Source: a virus (Duplodnaviria > Caudoviricetes). Taken from it: a DNA stretch of 63,590 nt. This document shows positions 1 through 9,409 of this stretch, piece by piece. The notes below the pieces were generated by a model. The model ran no database searches. It was given only the letters and a program-made list of their open reading frames with translations, and was not told the DNA's origin. Made by a program: the position numbers and the translations under genes. The stretch lies in IMG/VR virus record IMGVR_UViG_3300014501_000004, positions 1 to 63,590 of that record. One strand, given 5' to 3'. Every line of letters begins with the position of its first letter. Position 1 is the first letter of the stretch.

Positions 1-123
1 GCGGACAACCTCGTTTGGTTCCAGAGGCTTGGCCAGTGACGCGATTGACAAAAATTGAAAGATTTCGTATGGAGGGCATCAGTTTTGAAAGAACGGTGCT
101 TATTTCTATGGAAATTAGCCGGA
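1..123. repeat. Terminal direct repeat, left copy (contig circularity)
   Basis: Identical to 63468-63590. Confidence 0.97.
45..73 (+). promoter_or_regulatory. Sigma70-like promoter
   Basis: TTGACA (45-50), 17-nt spacer, TATGGA (68-73), upstream of the HTH gene. Confidence 0.55.
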
Positions 124-320
124 CAACGCCTCGTCCATGGTTCACCGCCAAGGAAGCCGCCGAGTTCATCGGCGTCACCCCCGTCACCCTCTACTCCTAC
201 GTCAAGATGCGAAAAAACAAACCGCCCTGCTTCCGTCTCGCCGGAAAAACAAAGGGCATTCTTAGATTCCCGCGCGAAGAATTCATCCAGTGGGCCAACG
301 GCTCCGCAAAACAGGGATAA
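108..320 (+). CDS. Excisionase/AlpA-like helix-turn-helix DNA-binding protein
   Basis: WFTAKEAAEFIGVTPVTLYSYV...LRF pattern; start chosen downstream of the promoter. Confidence 0.75.
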   Translation: MEISRTTPRPWFTAKEAAEFIGVTPVTLYSYVKMRKNKPPCFRLAGKTKGILRFPREEFIQWANGSAKQG

Positions 321-325
321 GATTG

Positions 326-673
326 ATGTACAGCCTCTCGATTCATTTCGGCCCGAGCCCGGTGCCTGCGCAGTTTCTTTTCAAGGACAAGGAAAAGGCA
401 ACAGCCGCTTATGCCAAGGTGAAAGCAGGTGAGTTTTTTTACGTCGAAGACGACTTCGGGCAAACAGCTTCGTTCGTGAACCGAGAAATTCACGCCGTCA
501 TCCTCGAAGACATGGACCTCGGCGAGGAGTCTCGCATCCAACGCGGGTTGTCGCAAGCGCGCGGACAGGCAAAGGCCAACGAACGCGCCAAGACCGATCC
601 CGTTCTGCAACGCGCGATGACCCAGCGCGGGCCGGGCGTGCTGACGCCGTTCACAAACGGACAGTTCCAATAA
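326..673 (+). CDS. Hypothetical protein
   Basis: ORF directly after the HTH gene, convergent with portal. Confidence 0.65.
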   Translation: MYSLSIHFGPSPVPAQFLFKDKEKATAAYAKVKAGEFFYVEDDFGQTASFVNREIHAVILEDMDLGEESRIQRGLSQARGQAKANERAKTDPVLQRAMTQRGPGVLTPFTNGQFQ

Positions 674-2401
674 TCAGCGGTGATGCGCCGTCAACTGCTT
701 CTCGGCGACTTTCTCCTTGCCTTCGGGCGATAGCGCCTTCATTAAGTCTTCCTGCTTCTTCTGCCCGGCAGCCTGCCGGGTCTTGAGCGCCGCCTTGGCC
801 GACTCCTTATTCGGCAGCGGCAGGTTGTCGATCGTGTACTCGCCATCGACATCGCCGACCTTGCGCAACGCGAAGATCAACTGCTGCGCCTCGTCGGCAA
901 ATATCGGCGACGACGAATGGCTATCCACCGTGATGCGCCAGTCGGCCGGAATGTCAGTCAGCAGGAACGATGATTTCTCGATATCTGCCAGTTCGCCGGC
1001 ATTGGTCCAGAACTTCCGCGACTCCTTGGCCTCCATCAGCGCCGCGGTGAGATCCGCCGACGCCGCACATTGCCGCTCGACCGACAGCGCGCGATCGCGC
1101 AATGTCGGCGACGCCGTCTTCATCAATGTGCCCGCATGAGCGCCCGATCGCACACCCGCCTCGCCCTTGCCCTGCATGATGTCGGGGAAAGAGCCGAGCG
1201 TGTTGATGCTCTCGATCATGAACTTGACGGCAGGCAACAAAACTTCCGGAATTTTAGGCGTAATATCTTCCACGCCGCCGCCCATGCCGAGGTTCATGTA
1301 GCCGGAAGTGCGGAACTGGGCGTATGCCTCATCCAGGATCGTATTGTCGCCCTTGAACGCCAGCAACTTGTCGATCTGCTGCCCGACCAGGCGCTTGAAA
1401 TCGTCCATCCACTGCGCCAGCAGGCCCTGCGGCTCGATCAGATCGACCAACTCGCTCCGACCCCAGAACCAGTTCGACACTGGATTCGTCTGGATCAGGC
1501 GATACGGATGCGTGTCCTTGATCCCGAGCAGGTTCGACAGCTTGAACCTCGTGATCAAAATGTCCGGCTCGACCATCTGGATCGTGACGTAACCATCCTC
1601 GCCCTTGACCCATAGTTCGTGGAATTTGACGGTCGGGGCGCCGACGGTTGGTCCCATGATCGCATAATTAGGATCGTTGCCGATCTGGATGATGCCGCCG
1701 GGCAGCGGGCGCGTGCTTGACGAGATGCCGGTGTTGATCTGCGAGGTCGACAGTACCTGATGAAAAAAACTGTCCGGCGCGTTCGAGGCCTCGCCGGTCG
1801 ACGCATTGGTCATGATCTTGTCGTACAGCTTCCTGGCGTCGGGGAAGCGGTAGATGCGCTGCCAGATTTCAGGACCGGTCAGCGCCGAGGTCTCGCACAG
1901 CACTTCCTGCTCGTCGATATCGTTCTCGTCCTCACGGTAGACGCCGAAATTCCAGGGCAGCAGCAGCTTTTTCTTGTAGACCGGCTTCTTGTCGTCGCCA
2001 TCGGCGATTTCATCGGTCCATTGTTTCAAGACGGCAGCGCCGTACTTCAACGCTTCGAACACGCCTCGGCCGAACATCTCGTCGGTCGATGTCGACTCCC
2101 AGTGTCGGGTGACGTGCTTGGCGAATACTTCGGCGCGCTTGATGTCGTTGGTCGGATAGACGTTGGTGAAGTCCATCGAGAACTTCAGTTCGACCGGCGA
2201 GAACAGATGCGAGGAAGTGCGCTCAAGGTGCGTGTTCATCATGTTGATGAGCGACTTGGTGCCGTCGTAGCGGCCGGTTTCGGCGATGGTGTTAAGCAGG
2301 CGGTAGTAGGCCGCTCGCATGCCCCGGCTGACCCCGCATATCTCGACGAGTTCGTTCGCGAAGGGAACGAGGTCTTTCTCGCCTGTCGGGATCGGGATCA
2401 T
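674..2401 (-). CDS. Portal protein (podovirus type)
   Basis: 575 aa, downstream of terminase; FWGRSELVDLIEPQ and MQGKGEAGVRSG segments typical of P22-like portals. Confidence 0.8.
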   Translation of the reverse strand: MIPIPTGEKDLVPFANELVEICGVSRGMRAAYYRLLNTIAETGRYDGTKSLINMMNTHLERTSSHLFSPVELKFSMDFTNVYPTNDIKRAEVFAKHVTRHWESTSTDEMFGRGVFEALKYGAAVLKQWTDEIADGDDKKPVYKKKLLLPWNFGVYREDENDIDEQEVLCETSALTGPEIWQRIYRFPDARKLYDKIMTNASTGEASNAPDSFFHQVLSTSQINTGISSSTRPLPGGIIQIGNDPNYAIMGPTVGAPTVKFHELWVKGEDGYVTIQMVEPDILITRFKLSNLLGIKDTHPYRLIQTNPVSNWFWGRSELVDLIEPQGLLAQWMDDFKRLVGQQIDKLLAFKGDNTILDEAYAQFRTSGYMNLGMGGGVEDITPKIPEVLLPAVKFMIESINTLGSFPDIMQGKGEAGVRSGAHAGTLMKTASPTLRDRALSVERQCAASADLTAALMEAKESRKFWTNAGELADIEKSSFLLTDIPADWRITVDSHSSSPIFADEAQQLIFALRKVGDVDGEYTIDNLPLPNKESAKAALKTRQAAGQKKQEDLMKALSPEGKEKVAEKQLTAHHR

Positions 2402-2937
2402 CCGTGCTTGCTCCCAACCGTAATCTGACTTTGTAAGCCAGCGTGTCGACCGAGTATTTTGTTAAGCGCCCTTGCACCAGCCCGCGGTTCAAGTTTTTGT
2501 TCGACCACTCGCCCATTCGCCATAACCACGCCGGAAGCGCCGGAAGTATCCGCGCCCATGCCAAATCCGACCGGCATGCCGCGCGACTTCAGCGAATCCA
2601 TGTGCTGGGTTACGGCGTTATGCACCGGCATCACCGCCACTTCAGCGTCCCGACGATCGTTCAAGTCCGTAATTTTCAAAGCCGACATCTCGGACGCAGG
2701 CACGCCAGCCATCGCAGCGGCCATGTTGGCGCGGGTCTCGGAGCCGTCCATCATGTCGCGAACGACCTTATCGTTGGCCTTGGACTTCGGCGACAGGAAC
2801 GCAGGACAAACAATGTCGTCGTCGGCGCGCCGGTTGTTGATGTCGGTCTTGCAGAGCGGACAGAAATCCGGCCAGCCTTCGGTTACGTCGTACTTGAATT
2901 TTTCTCGGCAGGCGGGACAGCGGAGGATGACGGCCAT
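2398..2937 (-). CDS. Zn-ribbon hypothetical protein
   Basis: CPAC...CPLC; ATGA overlap with portal. Confidence 0.7.
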   Translation of the reverse strand: MAVILRCPACREKFKYDVTEGWPDFCPLCKTDINNRRADDDIVCPAFLSPKSKANDKVVRDMMDGSETRANMAAAMAGVPASEMSALKITDLNDRRDAEVAVMPVHNAVTQHMDSLKSRGMPVGFGMGADTSGASGVVMANGRVVEQKLEPRAGARALNKILGRHAGLQSQITVGSKHG

Positions 2938-2938
2938 T

Positions 2939-3121
2939 TCAAATATCCGAATTCATCGCACTGGCGATGTAGAAAGCAAAAGCGACCCATGCAACGCAGC
3001 CGACAATGCCGAGAACCACAAGTGCAGCGCCGAGTCCGCCTTTCAGCATCGCACCAGTAACGATTGCGCCGACGGGGATCGCCAAAAGACCAAAAATAAC
3101 AAACAATCCAAACCCGCTCAT
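2939..3121 (-). CDS. Small membrane protein
   Basis: Two hydrophobic stretches; tightly packed in the operon. Confidence 0.6.
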   Translation of the reverse strand: MSGFGLFVIFGLLAIPVGAIVTGAMLKGGLGAALVVLGIVGCVAWVAFAFYIASAMNSDI

Positions 3122-3124
3122 CTG

Positions 3125-5071
3125 CTATCTCCGTCCGTACCGCCACGCCTGTTGCATCGCCAGCTGCCGCGCCTGCAACCTCGACTGCTGCTGCCGGCCC
3201 ATGAACTGACTCATCATATTCTGGTGGAATAGCGATGTCTGGTCAACGATTGACTTGTGCTTGCGGACCTTCTCGGCCTCCCGGGTGCGCTTGGCGACGA
3301 TCAAATTGCGGCGGACCCGGGTATCCCAATAATGCGCGCCCAAGGCCATCGCTACCACGCGATCGTCATGCTCGCCAGAGCCTTCGCCGGCAATCGTATC
3401 CCCGTCCCGCGCGATGGTCTGCATCTCTCCGATCAGGTCATGGCTTCGAATATGGAGGTGCCCGCTGCTGACAAAGCCTCGAAGCTCCTCCATGATCATG
3501 ATCTTGGTCGCAAGCTGAGTCTTGAAGTGCCACAGCCCCGCGCCGCCGGACAACAAATCAGGCCGGGTGTAGAGATATTGTTTTACATTGGCGAAGATGT
3601 TTTTAAGCCCTGCCTCTTGCAGCGGCGCGTAGCCGTTCTCGATTTGAAACTTCAGCGAGCGCAACTCCTGAAGCACCGATCCGCCGGGACCGTTTATTTC
3701 CAGGATGTAATGAATCTCGCAAAGCGGCTCGTTGCCGTACCAAGCCATGATGCCGGCGAGGATATGCGCCAGATGACGAGGTACCACCAACGAATAAGCA
3801 TACTCAGCAACCTGATCTATACCGTCAGCATAGCAACGAAGAACCTGAATGGCCGAGCGATCATTGTTCTCGTTCTCCCCGAACGCCGGATCGCACGCCA
3901 CGACGTAAACCGACTCGGGTTGCGGCGGCTCCCACACTTTCAATTCCAGCATTCGCGCGTTCTCGGCGCGATAGACCTTCATGTCACTGAACTCGGGTCC
4001 GCCCATGAACATATACGGCGTGAATTTATTCGAAACGTATTTGTCGGTTTGATCCTTCAGTTTTTCCCCAGCGAAAAACACGCTGCCGGTGATCTGGAAG
4101 GCTTCTTCTTCGTCCCACGGCTGTTCCTGTTTCTGATACGAACTGGCCTCGAACCCGGCATCGACTTCGCCAGCATCGATCGCAGCGGGGTCCATCGCCT
4201 TGCGGTACCATGCAAGCTGCTCCTGCGAGACATCGAAGTTATATAGCTTTTTAACAAGATCGATCTTGGCATGCTCCTCGCTCGACGGCGGCTGCACGCC
4301 GTAGAATTCCCAGTTGCGGTCGGTACGCTCGATGCGATGGCTTTCCTTGGCCCACCAGCCGATGAAAACGCAAACGGCGTTGCGAGTGTTGGAGCGCGCT
4401 TCCTTCCAGATACGCGACCACATATTCATGCCGCGCGCCGTGGACTCTCGGATGTAAAGTCGATTAGGATGGACGTCGGACAACGACTCCTGAAACGATA
4501 TCAAGCCTTCTTCGTTATCAAAACTGCACAACTCTGAAAGATGCGCCAAAGAAACACCCGCGGAACGCCCCAGCGTACCAGATGTTTTTGTTTTCTTAAT
4601 GCCTGCGGACTTAAAAAGAATTTTGGAAGCGTTCGACAGTGTCAGGCCGTCGCGATTGTCTTTAGCAATGCTGGGAAATTTTAAGCTGGCCGGTAGCGCC
4701 TTGATAACAGTCACCAGCTCATCACGAGCCAGGTTCTTGTTCTCATTAGTGTCGAACACCAAAGCGCCGGTTAGCCCGCGATGGACGCCGAGGAAGAAAG
4801 CGCACAGCGCGCGTATAATTGAAGTGATTCCAAGTTGCCTCGATTTAAGACAGTAAAAATCGTGAATGTCCTGCTCAAGCCCGTCGAAGATCGCAGTGAT
4901 AAAAACCTTCTGTCCGTACATCAAATGCTTACCGAGAATGATCGGCTCGCCATAATCTTTCGAATTTATTTCGTACTGATCCAGGTAGGCATAAAACGCT
5001 TCCTCAAACGCAACCCGCTTGGCGCGGCTCCAGCCTCGTGCCTTCTGACCTAATAGCTCACCGTCTGCCAT
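3125..5071 (-). CDS. terL: Terminase large subunit
   Basis: LKSRQLGITS Walker A, AHLSE Walker B, ESTARG coupling motif, VVACDPAFG and HDDRVVA nuclease motifs. Confidence 0.92.
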   Translation of the reverse strand: MADGELLGQKARGWSRAKRVAFEEAFYAYLDQYEINSKDYGEPIILGKHLMYGQKVFITAIFDGLEQDIHDFYCLKSRQLGITSIIRALCAFFLGVHRGLTGALVFDTNENKNLARDELVTVIKALPASLKFPSIAKDNRDGLTLSNASKILFKSAGIKKTKTSGTLGRSAGVSLAHLSELCSFDNEEGLISFQESLSDVHPNRLYIRESTARGMNMWSRIWKEARSNTRNAVCVFIGWWAKESHRIERTDRNWEFYGVQPPSSEEHAKIDLVKKLYNFDVSQEQLAWYRKAMDPAAIDAGEVDAGFEASSYQKQEQPWDEEEAFQITGSVFFAGEKLKDQTDKYVSNKFTPYMFMGGPEFSDMKVYRAENARMLELKVWEPPQPESVYVVACDPAFGENENNDRSAIQVLRCYADGIDQVAEYAYSLVVPRHLAHILAGIMAWYGNEPLCEIHYILEINGPGGSVLQELRSLKFQIENGYAPLQEAGLKNIFANVKQYLYTRPDLLSGGAGLWHFKTQLATKIMIMEELRGFVSSGHLHIRSHDLIGEMQTIARDGDTIAGEGSGEHDDRVVAMALGAHYWDTRVRRNLIVAKRTREAEKVRKHKSIVDQTSLFHQNMMSQFMGRQQQSRLQARQLAMQQAWRYGRR

Positions 5072-5127
5072 TGGAACTTTATAACGGCTGTGCTATTAGC
5101 AGTCCACCCCTCCGGAGGAATTAGGCC

Positions 5128-5367
5128 ATGTGTTTCTCATTACAGTGGGCCGAACAGCTCTGCATCTTCATCGTGATCGTCATCGCGATATGGTCGGTTA
5201 TTCAGTTACTTCTCCCCTATCTCGTTCAATTTCTGCCTGCTCTGGTCGTCCAAATTATCCGGATCATTTGCTGGGCAGTCATCGCGATCATGTGCATCTA
5301 CGTCATCTTTGGATTGCTCTCGTGCCTGATCGGTGCCGGAGGTGGCCTCATGCATTTTTCCCACTGA
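5128..5367 (+). CDS. Small two-TM membrane protein
   Basis: GGAGG RBS, highly hydrophobic, opposite strand to neighbours. Confidence 0.7.
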   Translation: MCFSLQWAEQLCIFIVIVIAIWSVIQLLLPYLVQFLPALVVQIIRIICWAVIAIMCIYVIFGLLSCLIGAGGGLMHFSH

Positions 5368-5620
5368 CCGTCAGTCGCAGGTAGATCCGCTCCCGCCCTA
5401 TCCGGCCGCTCCGCCGTCGATCTGCCGCGGCTGCTAACGATCGCGCATCCACAGGTGATAAAGCGCCATGGATGTAAACGCAACGTAGCCTCCAAAAGTG
5501 CGAGCAATAACTTCGGCCCCCGGCGCTAACCTACACGCGGTTGTGTAATCTGGCGCTTCCTAAAACGAAAAAAATAAAATGCCGGGCTCGTTTTCAAAAC
5601 TGTCTCTGGAAACGCCCATT

Positions 5621-5899
5621 CTAGCGAAAGCCGGGTTGCTGCCGCGACTGCTTCTCCATCTCGTTCATGGCGATCTGGACGATAGTCTGGATCGAGGCCC
5701 AGAAAATACCCGGCTGGTCCTGGTCGAGCATCAGCGAGCGGAACGCGGTAGACTCGTCGATCGTATTCGGAGACACCATGACGAAGGCACCGCCAAAGAC
5801 CGCATCCTTGTTGAGCCGGATCTGGGCGGCCATGGCCTCGAACAAAAGGGCGCGGGCTTCGGCTTGGCGGTGGGCGAGAGGAAGTTCTTCGTCGGTCAC
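5621..5899 (-). CDS. Hypothetical protein
   Basis: GTGA overlap with the upstream gene. Confidence 0.6.
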   Translation of the reverse strand: MTDEELPLAHRQAEARALLFEAMAAQIRLNKDAVFGGAFVMVSPNTIDESTAFRSLMLDQDQPGIFWASIQTIVQIAMNEMEKQSRQQPGFR

Positions 5900-6070
5900 A
5901 GTTCATCCAGTTCTACGATCTGAAACGGATACCCAGCCTCGATAACTGGTATCTTCTTCGATTGTGATATAGCCTCGTCTCGGTCTTTAAAAACAGCCGG
6001 ATCATCGCTATCGTCATCGCCAATAATGACAACTCTGCCGCTGCTGGGAATTCGGATGACGATAATGCAA

Positions 6071-6292
6071 TCAGACATATCTAAACCCCGCCGCGAACGG
6101 CTTGATCTCATCCAGAAACATTCCGCCGGCAGATAGCGCGGTCGACAGTGCGAGCGCCGTGCCCTCGTCGAACCCGGTGTAGGCGCCGGTCTTGCCTCCC
6201 TTGAGGAATTTCACCAGCACCTCCTGCGTCTCGTCGTCCCAACCGACTTCCTCGATCATGCTTGATAAAACGGGTTTCATCCAGCCGGCCAT
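6071..6292 (-). CDS. KTSC-domain-like protein
   Basis: VLSSMIEEVGWDD...LVKF..G...Y...ALSAGGMF...IK pattern. Confidence 0.65.
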   Translation of the reverse strand: MAGWMKPVLSSMIEEVGWDDETQEVLVKFLKGGKTGAYTGFDEGTALALSTALSAGGMFLDEIKPFAAGFRYV

Positions 6293-6449
6293 CACACAAG
6301 CTCCACGCGTAAACAGCCGCGGAAGAAATCCCGCGTGGAATACGAATTATTTGGTCCGTACATGATATCAACTGGATATTTTTCCAATGCAATGATGTCT
6401 TTCATGCTTATCCGGTTAAGACACACGGCCCTAGATGTTGTGGTCATGT

Positions 6450-6689
6450 TCAAGCCGCGTTCTCAGCCGGTTTGGGTGTCAATTCCCGGATGCGCTTGTC
6501 GATGATCCAAACCAAATCCTCGCCCATGCCGATGCTCGGGCGTGGCAGCAGGCCCAGCACGACAACGAGATTGTCGTAAGCGTCCGCTTTCGGCTTGAGG
6601 CGGTCGATTGTTGCGCGCATGCCGATAATCTCTTGCTTGCAGCGGTTCATCATTTCGATAGCTTCTTGGTTGCTGATCTCGGGCGGCAT
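6450..6689 (-). CDS. Cassette passenger hypothetical protein (coiled-coil)
   Basis: GGAG RBS before ATG at 6689. Confidence 0.7.
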   Translation of the reverse strand: MPPEISNQEAIEMMNRCKQEIIGMRATIDRLKPKADAYDNLVVVLGLLPRPSIGMGEDLVWIIDKRIRELTPKPAENAA

Positions 6690-6700
6690 TGCGGTTCTCC

Positions 6701-7036
6701 CTAGTTGTTCAGTTTCAGGCCAAAAATCTCGCGCATTTCCGGCGGCAGACGCTTCGCAGCGTCCTGACCGGATGGACTGCGCGCCCATTCGTCGCTTTCT
6801 TCTTTCGTGGCGTCGAACTCGCCGTTCGCTACGCGGGCGGCAAACTTGGCGAAGCCTGCGGCGGTCAGTTCCGAATAGAGTTGGGTGATCGGGCAGACAT
6901 AGGTGTCGGCATAGTCATCGAACTCGCCCGTCTCCGCGCGCTTCGCGAAAGCCTCATACTTCGCCGCATTGTCCGGCGAAGCTATCGCGGCAACCTTTCG
7001 AAGCTCGGCGGCCAACTTATCGCGCGTCCTCAACAT
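6701..7036 (-). CDS. Cassette passenger hypothetical protein
   Basis: 111 aa with internal repeat AKRAETGEFD/AARVANGEFD. Confidence 0.7.
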   Translation of the reverse strand: MLRTRDKLAAELRKVAAIASPDNAAKYEAFAKRAETGEFDDYADTYVCPITQLYSELTAAGFAKFAARVANGEFDATKEESDEWARSPSGQDAAKRLPPEMREIFGLKLNN

Positions 7037-7172
7037 CTAGTATGTCTCAGCGTTTGTGTGTTGGAACCGGATAAGCATGATGTCTTTCGCTTGAGTCACG
7101 CTGTTGGCTTCGACGATGCCATAATCTTCTTGGTCGGCATGCCCTTCCATCCCCGTTGCGAGATAGTAATAG

Positions 7173-8600
7173 CTAACCTTGAACTGCATCGACCTTCTCC
7201 CTCAACGCTTCGACGATTCGCTCGAACACCGGCTCCCATCGCATGTCGTCGGACTGTTGGAAAAACCTTGACTTTGGGGTCCAAAGACGTTGTCCATCGG
7301 CGCCGCTAACTCCTGCACGATAATCCCTTCCGAGGTAGCTATAACCAACCCAACATTCTCGATTTGATATTGAACATATGTGCCCGAGAGCTGATTCAAC
7401 TGTAATGACAAGGTCGAGGTTTTGAAGGATTGAGGTAGTGTCCGCAACATCTCGAATGTATCCCGATAAGTCCCTGATGACCGGCGCGCAACCCCACAAA
7501 TTCAGATCGGACTTTTTAGCATCGACCTGCAATGAGTACAATTGAATTCCCGGCACACGCAACAATTCCAGGAAATGATGAATCGGTATATTGCGGTGCT
7601 TGTCGATGTCGTTCATCGGCGAGCCCGACCACGCGATACCGATATGACACTTTCGATCCGGCACGCGCCAGTGGCTCGACATCGAGAATTTCGGCATGTC
7701 GATGTTGGGGGCGTTCCTGATCTCGTCGTCCGTCAGTCCCAGAGCGTAGGGCAGCGAGACGAAGGTAGACCAGCAGTCGGCATCTGGAGGAAAGTTCGAA
7801 GGCGAAGGCAGGAAGTGGAGATTGTCCATGTGCCGGAATGCGTGCTCAAACACGCGACGCAGTTCACTCTGCACGCACATCGAAATGTGTCGACAACGAC
7901 GTGCAGCCTGCTCGACAAAACGGGAATACGAGAGCGTGTCACCAAGACCCTGATCGGCCACCAGGAACAGCGTCTTGTCATTTTCTCCTCGCCACTTGGG
8001 ATACGGGTACATCGTGAAGTTCGGCAGCCGTGCCGCAAACCTCGACTCGAAATGCTTCAGCCCTAAAGCGTACTGTCCGTCGAACAACAGCGCGAACGCC
8101 AGCTGGAATTCGGCCGTGACGTCGCCGGGCGGACCGAGATCGACACACTTGCGGGCGCACTCGACGGCCGTCTTGGTCTGTCCGAGGATCGTGTGCACGA
8201 GGCCGAGGATCATCCATGGCAGCGACAGCTTTGGATTAAGCTCGATGGCGCGGTGACAGTGCTCGATGGTCTCGACCTGCCGGCCTACCTTGTGCAGCTC
8301 CCACGCGAGATTGGTTAAGAGCTTCGGAAGCTCGTCAGCATCCACTTCGGCTTCCAGCGCACGCCGGAAGATGGCGGCAGCCGCGTGCGGGCGCTGAAGA
8401 TCGGAGGTGGCGCAGCCGGCGGCGTAAAAGGCGTGGCCGTAAGACGGGTCCGCAAAACACGCGGAGGTGATGAGCTGGTATCCGTGGTCAAGATTGGTTG
8501 CCTGTGTTCGATCTTGCGCAGCCTGCTCGCCTTTGACCAACAGGTTGATCGCCTGCTGGCGCCGGGCGTCGTTGATCGGAAGTGGAACCGCTTTATTCAC
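7173..8600 (-). CDS. TPR-repeat glycosyltransferase (GT-B, GT9-like C-terminus)
   Basis: N-terminal TPRs; DQGLGD, IGIAWSG, YSLQ, LDLVITVESALGH motifs; native start is GTG at 8600 inside the IS target duplication. Confidence 0.85.
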   Translation of the reverse strand: MNKAVPLPINDARRQQAINLLVKGEQAAQDRTQATNLDHGYQLITSACFADPSYGHAFYAAGCATSDLQRPHAAAAIFRRALEAEVDADELPKLLTNLAWELHKVGRQVETIEHCHRAIELNPKLSLPWMILGLVHTILGQTKTAVECARKCVDLGPPGDVTAEFQLAFALLFDGQYALGLKHFESRFAARLPNFTMYPYPKWRGENDKTLFLVADQGLGDTLSYSRFVEQAARRCRHISMCVQSELRRVFEHAFRHMDNLHFLPSPSNFPPDADCWSTFVSLPYALGLTDDEIRNAPNIDMPKFSMSSHWRVPDRKCHIGIAWSGSPMNDIDKHRNIPIHHFLELLRVPGIQLYSLQVDAKKSDLNLWGCAPVIRDLSGYIRDVADTTSILQNLDLVITVESALGHICSISNRECWVGYSYLGRDYRAGVSGADGQRLWTPKSRFFQQSDDMRWEPVFERIVEALREKVDAVQG

Positions 8601-8615
8601 TTCATGCTTATCCGG

Positions 8616-8644
8616 TTGACACATACAAACCCCCGTGCTAGTGT
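8616..8644 (+). promoter_or_regulatory. Inward promoter overlapping the left TIR
   Basis: TTGACA, 17-nt spacer, TAGTGT. Confidence 0.65.
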
Positions 8645-8683
8645 TTCGTCATTGGACAAGCCCGCCCGGTAATGGAGAGACAG

Positions 8684-8869
8684 ATGACCAAGATCGCTTC
8701 CAACGAACAGGCCAAGCGGACGGTACAGGCCCTCGCAGAGACGACTGGCCTTATCGCCAAGGAGGAATCCTATCGCCTTGACCTTCAGCACGCTGGTTAC
8801 CTCGCCACGCTGAAGCAACACGCTGCGAAGCTTTTGCAGATGATTAGCAACTACAAGGCGGGGGTCTGA
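8684..8869 (+). CDS. IS passenger hypothetical protein 1
   Basis: GGAG RBS; inside the TIRs. Confidence 0.65.
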   Translation: MTKIASNEQAKRTVQALAETTGLIAKEESYRLDLQHAGYLATLKQHAAKLLQMISNYKAGV

Positions 8870-8872
8870 GCC

Positions 8873-9094
8873 ATGGCACACCTTAAAAATTGGTGCCCCG
8901 AAATGTCGCCCGCAGAATATGCGTGGTTCGACAAGTGCCCAAAGGCCGTATTGTTTGAAATTGCTCGCCAATTCGCTATGCGGCTCGGCGACAACTTCAC
9001 GGCCGAGTCTGCTTTTGCCGTTATGCAGACCGAATGGGAAGTGTTGCACGTTCAAGGGATTGTGCCGCAAAAAGCGCCACACGCGAGGGGTTGA
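8873..9094 (+). CDS. IS passenger hypothetical protein 2
   Basis: GGGG RBS; TGA-GCC-ATG junction. Confidence 0.65.
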   Translation: MAHLKNWCPEMSPAEYAWFDKCPKAVLFEIARQFAMRLGDNFTAESAFAVMQTEWEVLHVQGIVPQKAPHARG

Positions 9095-9097
9095 GCC

Positions 9098-9406
9098 ATG
9101 CCACGTGACTTCATCAGGGATATAAAGCTGGCGCTTTTCTTGGATAAGATGAGCGCCACTCTCGCCAACGATCTTGAATGGGCTCTCGCAATCATTGGTG
9201 AGAGTGGCCAACCACAAAGCATAAAAAATGCGAACCGCTACGTTTACGCATGGCAGCATCTTAGAATGAGGCGTGAATATGAGGCGGCCTGTTCCGGTGT
9301 TGGCGCGGGTGAGTTCCGTGGCGATGATCGTGATGAAAATGGCAATCTTACAACGCTCAAGGAACATCGTAAGGGTCCTTTGCCAAGTCGGCCGCGAGGG
9401 GATTGA
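9098..9406 (+). CDS. IS passenger hypothetical protein 3
   Basis: GAGGGG RBS; TGA-GCC-ATG junction. Confidence 0.6.
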   Translation: MPRDFIRDIKLALFLDKMSATLANDLEWALAIIGESGQPQSIKNANRYVYAWQHLRMRREYEAACSGVGAGEFRGDDRDENGNLTTLKEHRKGPLPSRPRGD

Positions 9407-9409
9407 CGA

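Larger units (their letters stand above)
6403..7079. mobile_element. Non-autonomous IS1595-type cassette (MIC-like) carrying two passenger genes
   Basis: Ends CATGCTTATCCGGTT.../...AACCGGATAAGCATG; 8-bp TSD ATGTCTTT at 6395-6402 and 7080-7087; no transposase. Confidence 0.92.
6292..7189 (-). pseudogene. 70-aa gene interrupted by the non-autonomous cassette
   Basis: Removing 6403-7079 plus one TSD copy restores MQFKVSYYYLATG...QAKDIIALEKYP...RVELV*, which overlaps both neighbouring genes. Confidence 0.85.

Noticed and set aside
8601-8624. Track start of the TPR gene at 8624
   Set aside because: It lies inside the IS terminal repeat; the native start is GTG at 8600.
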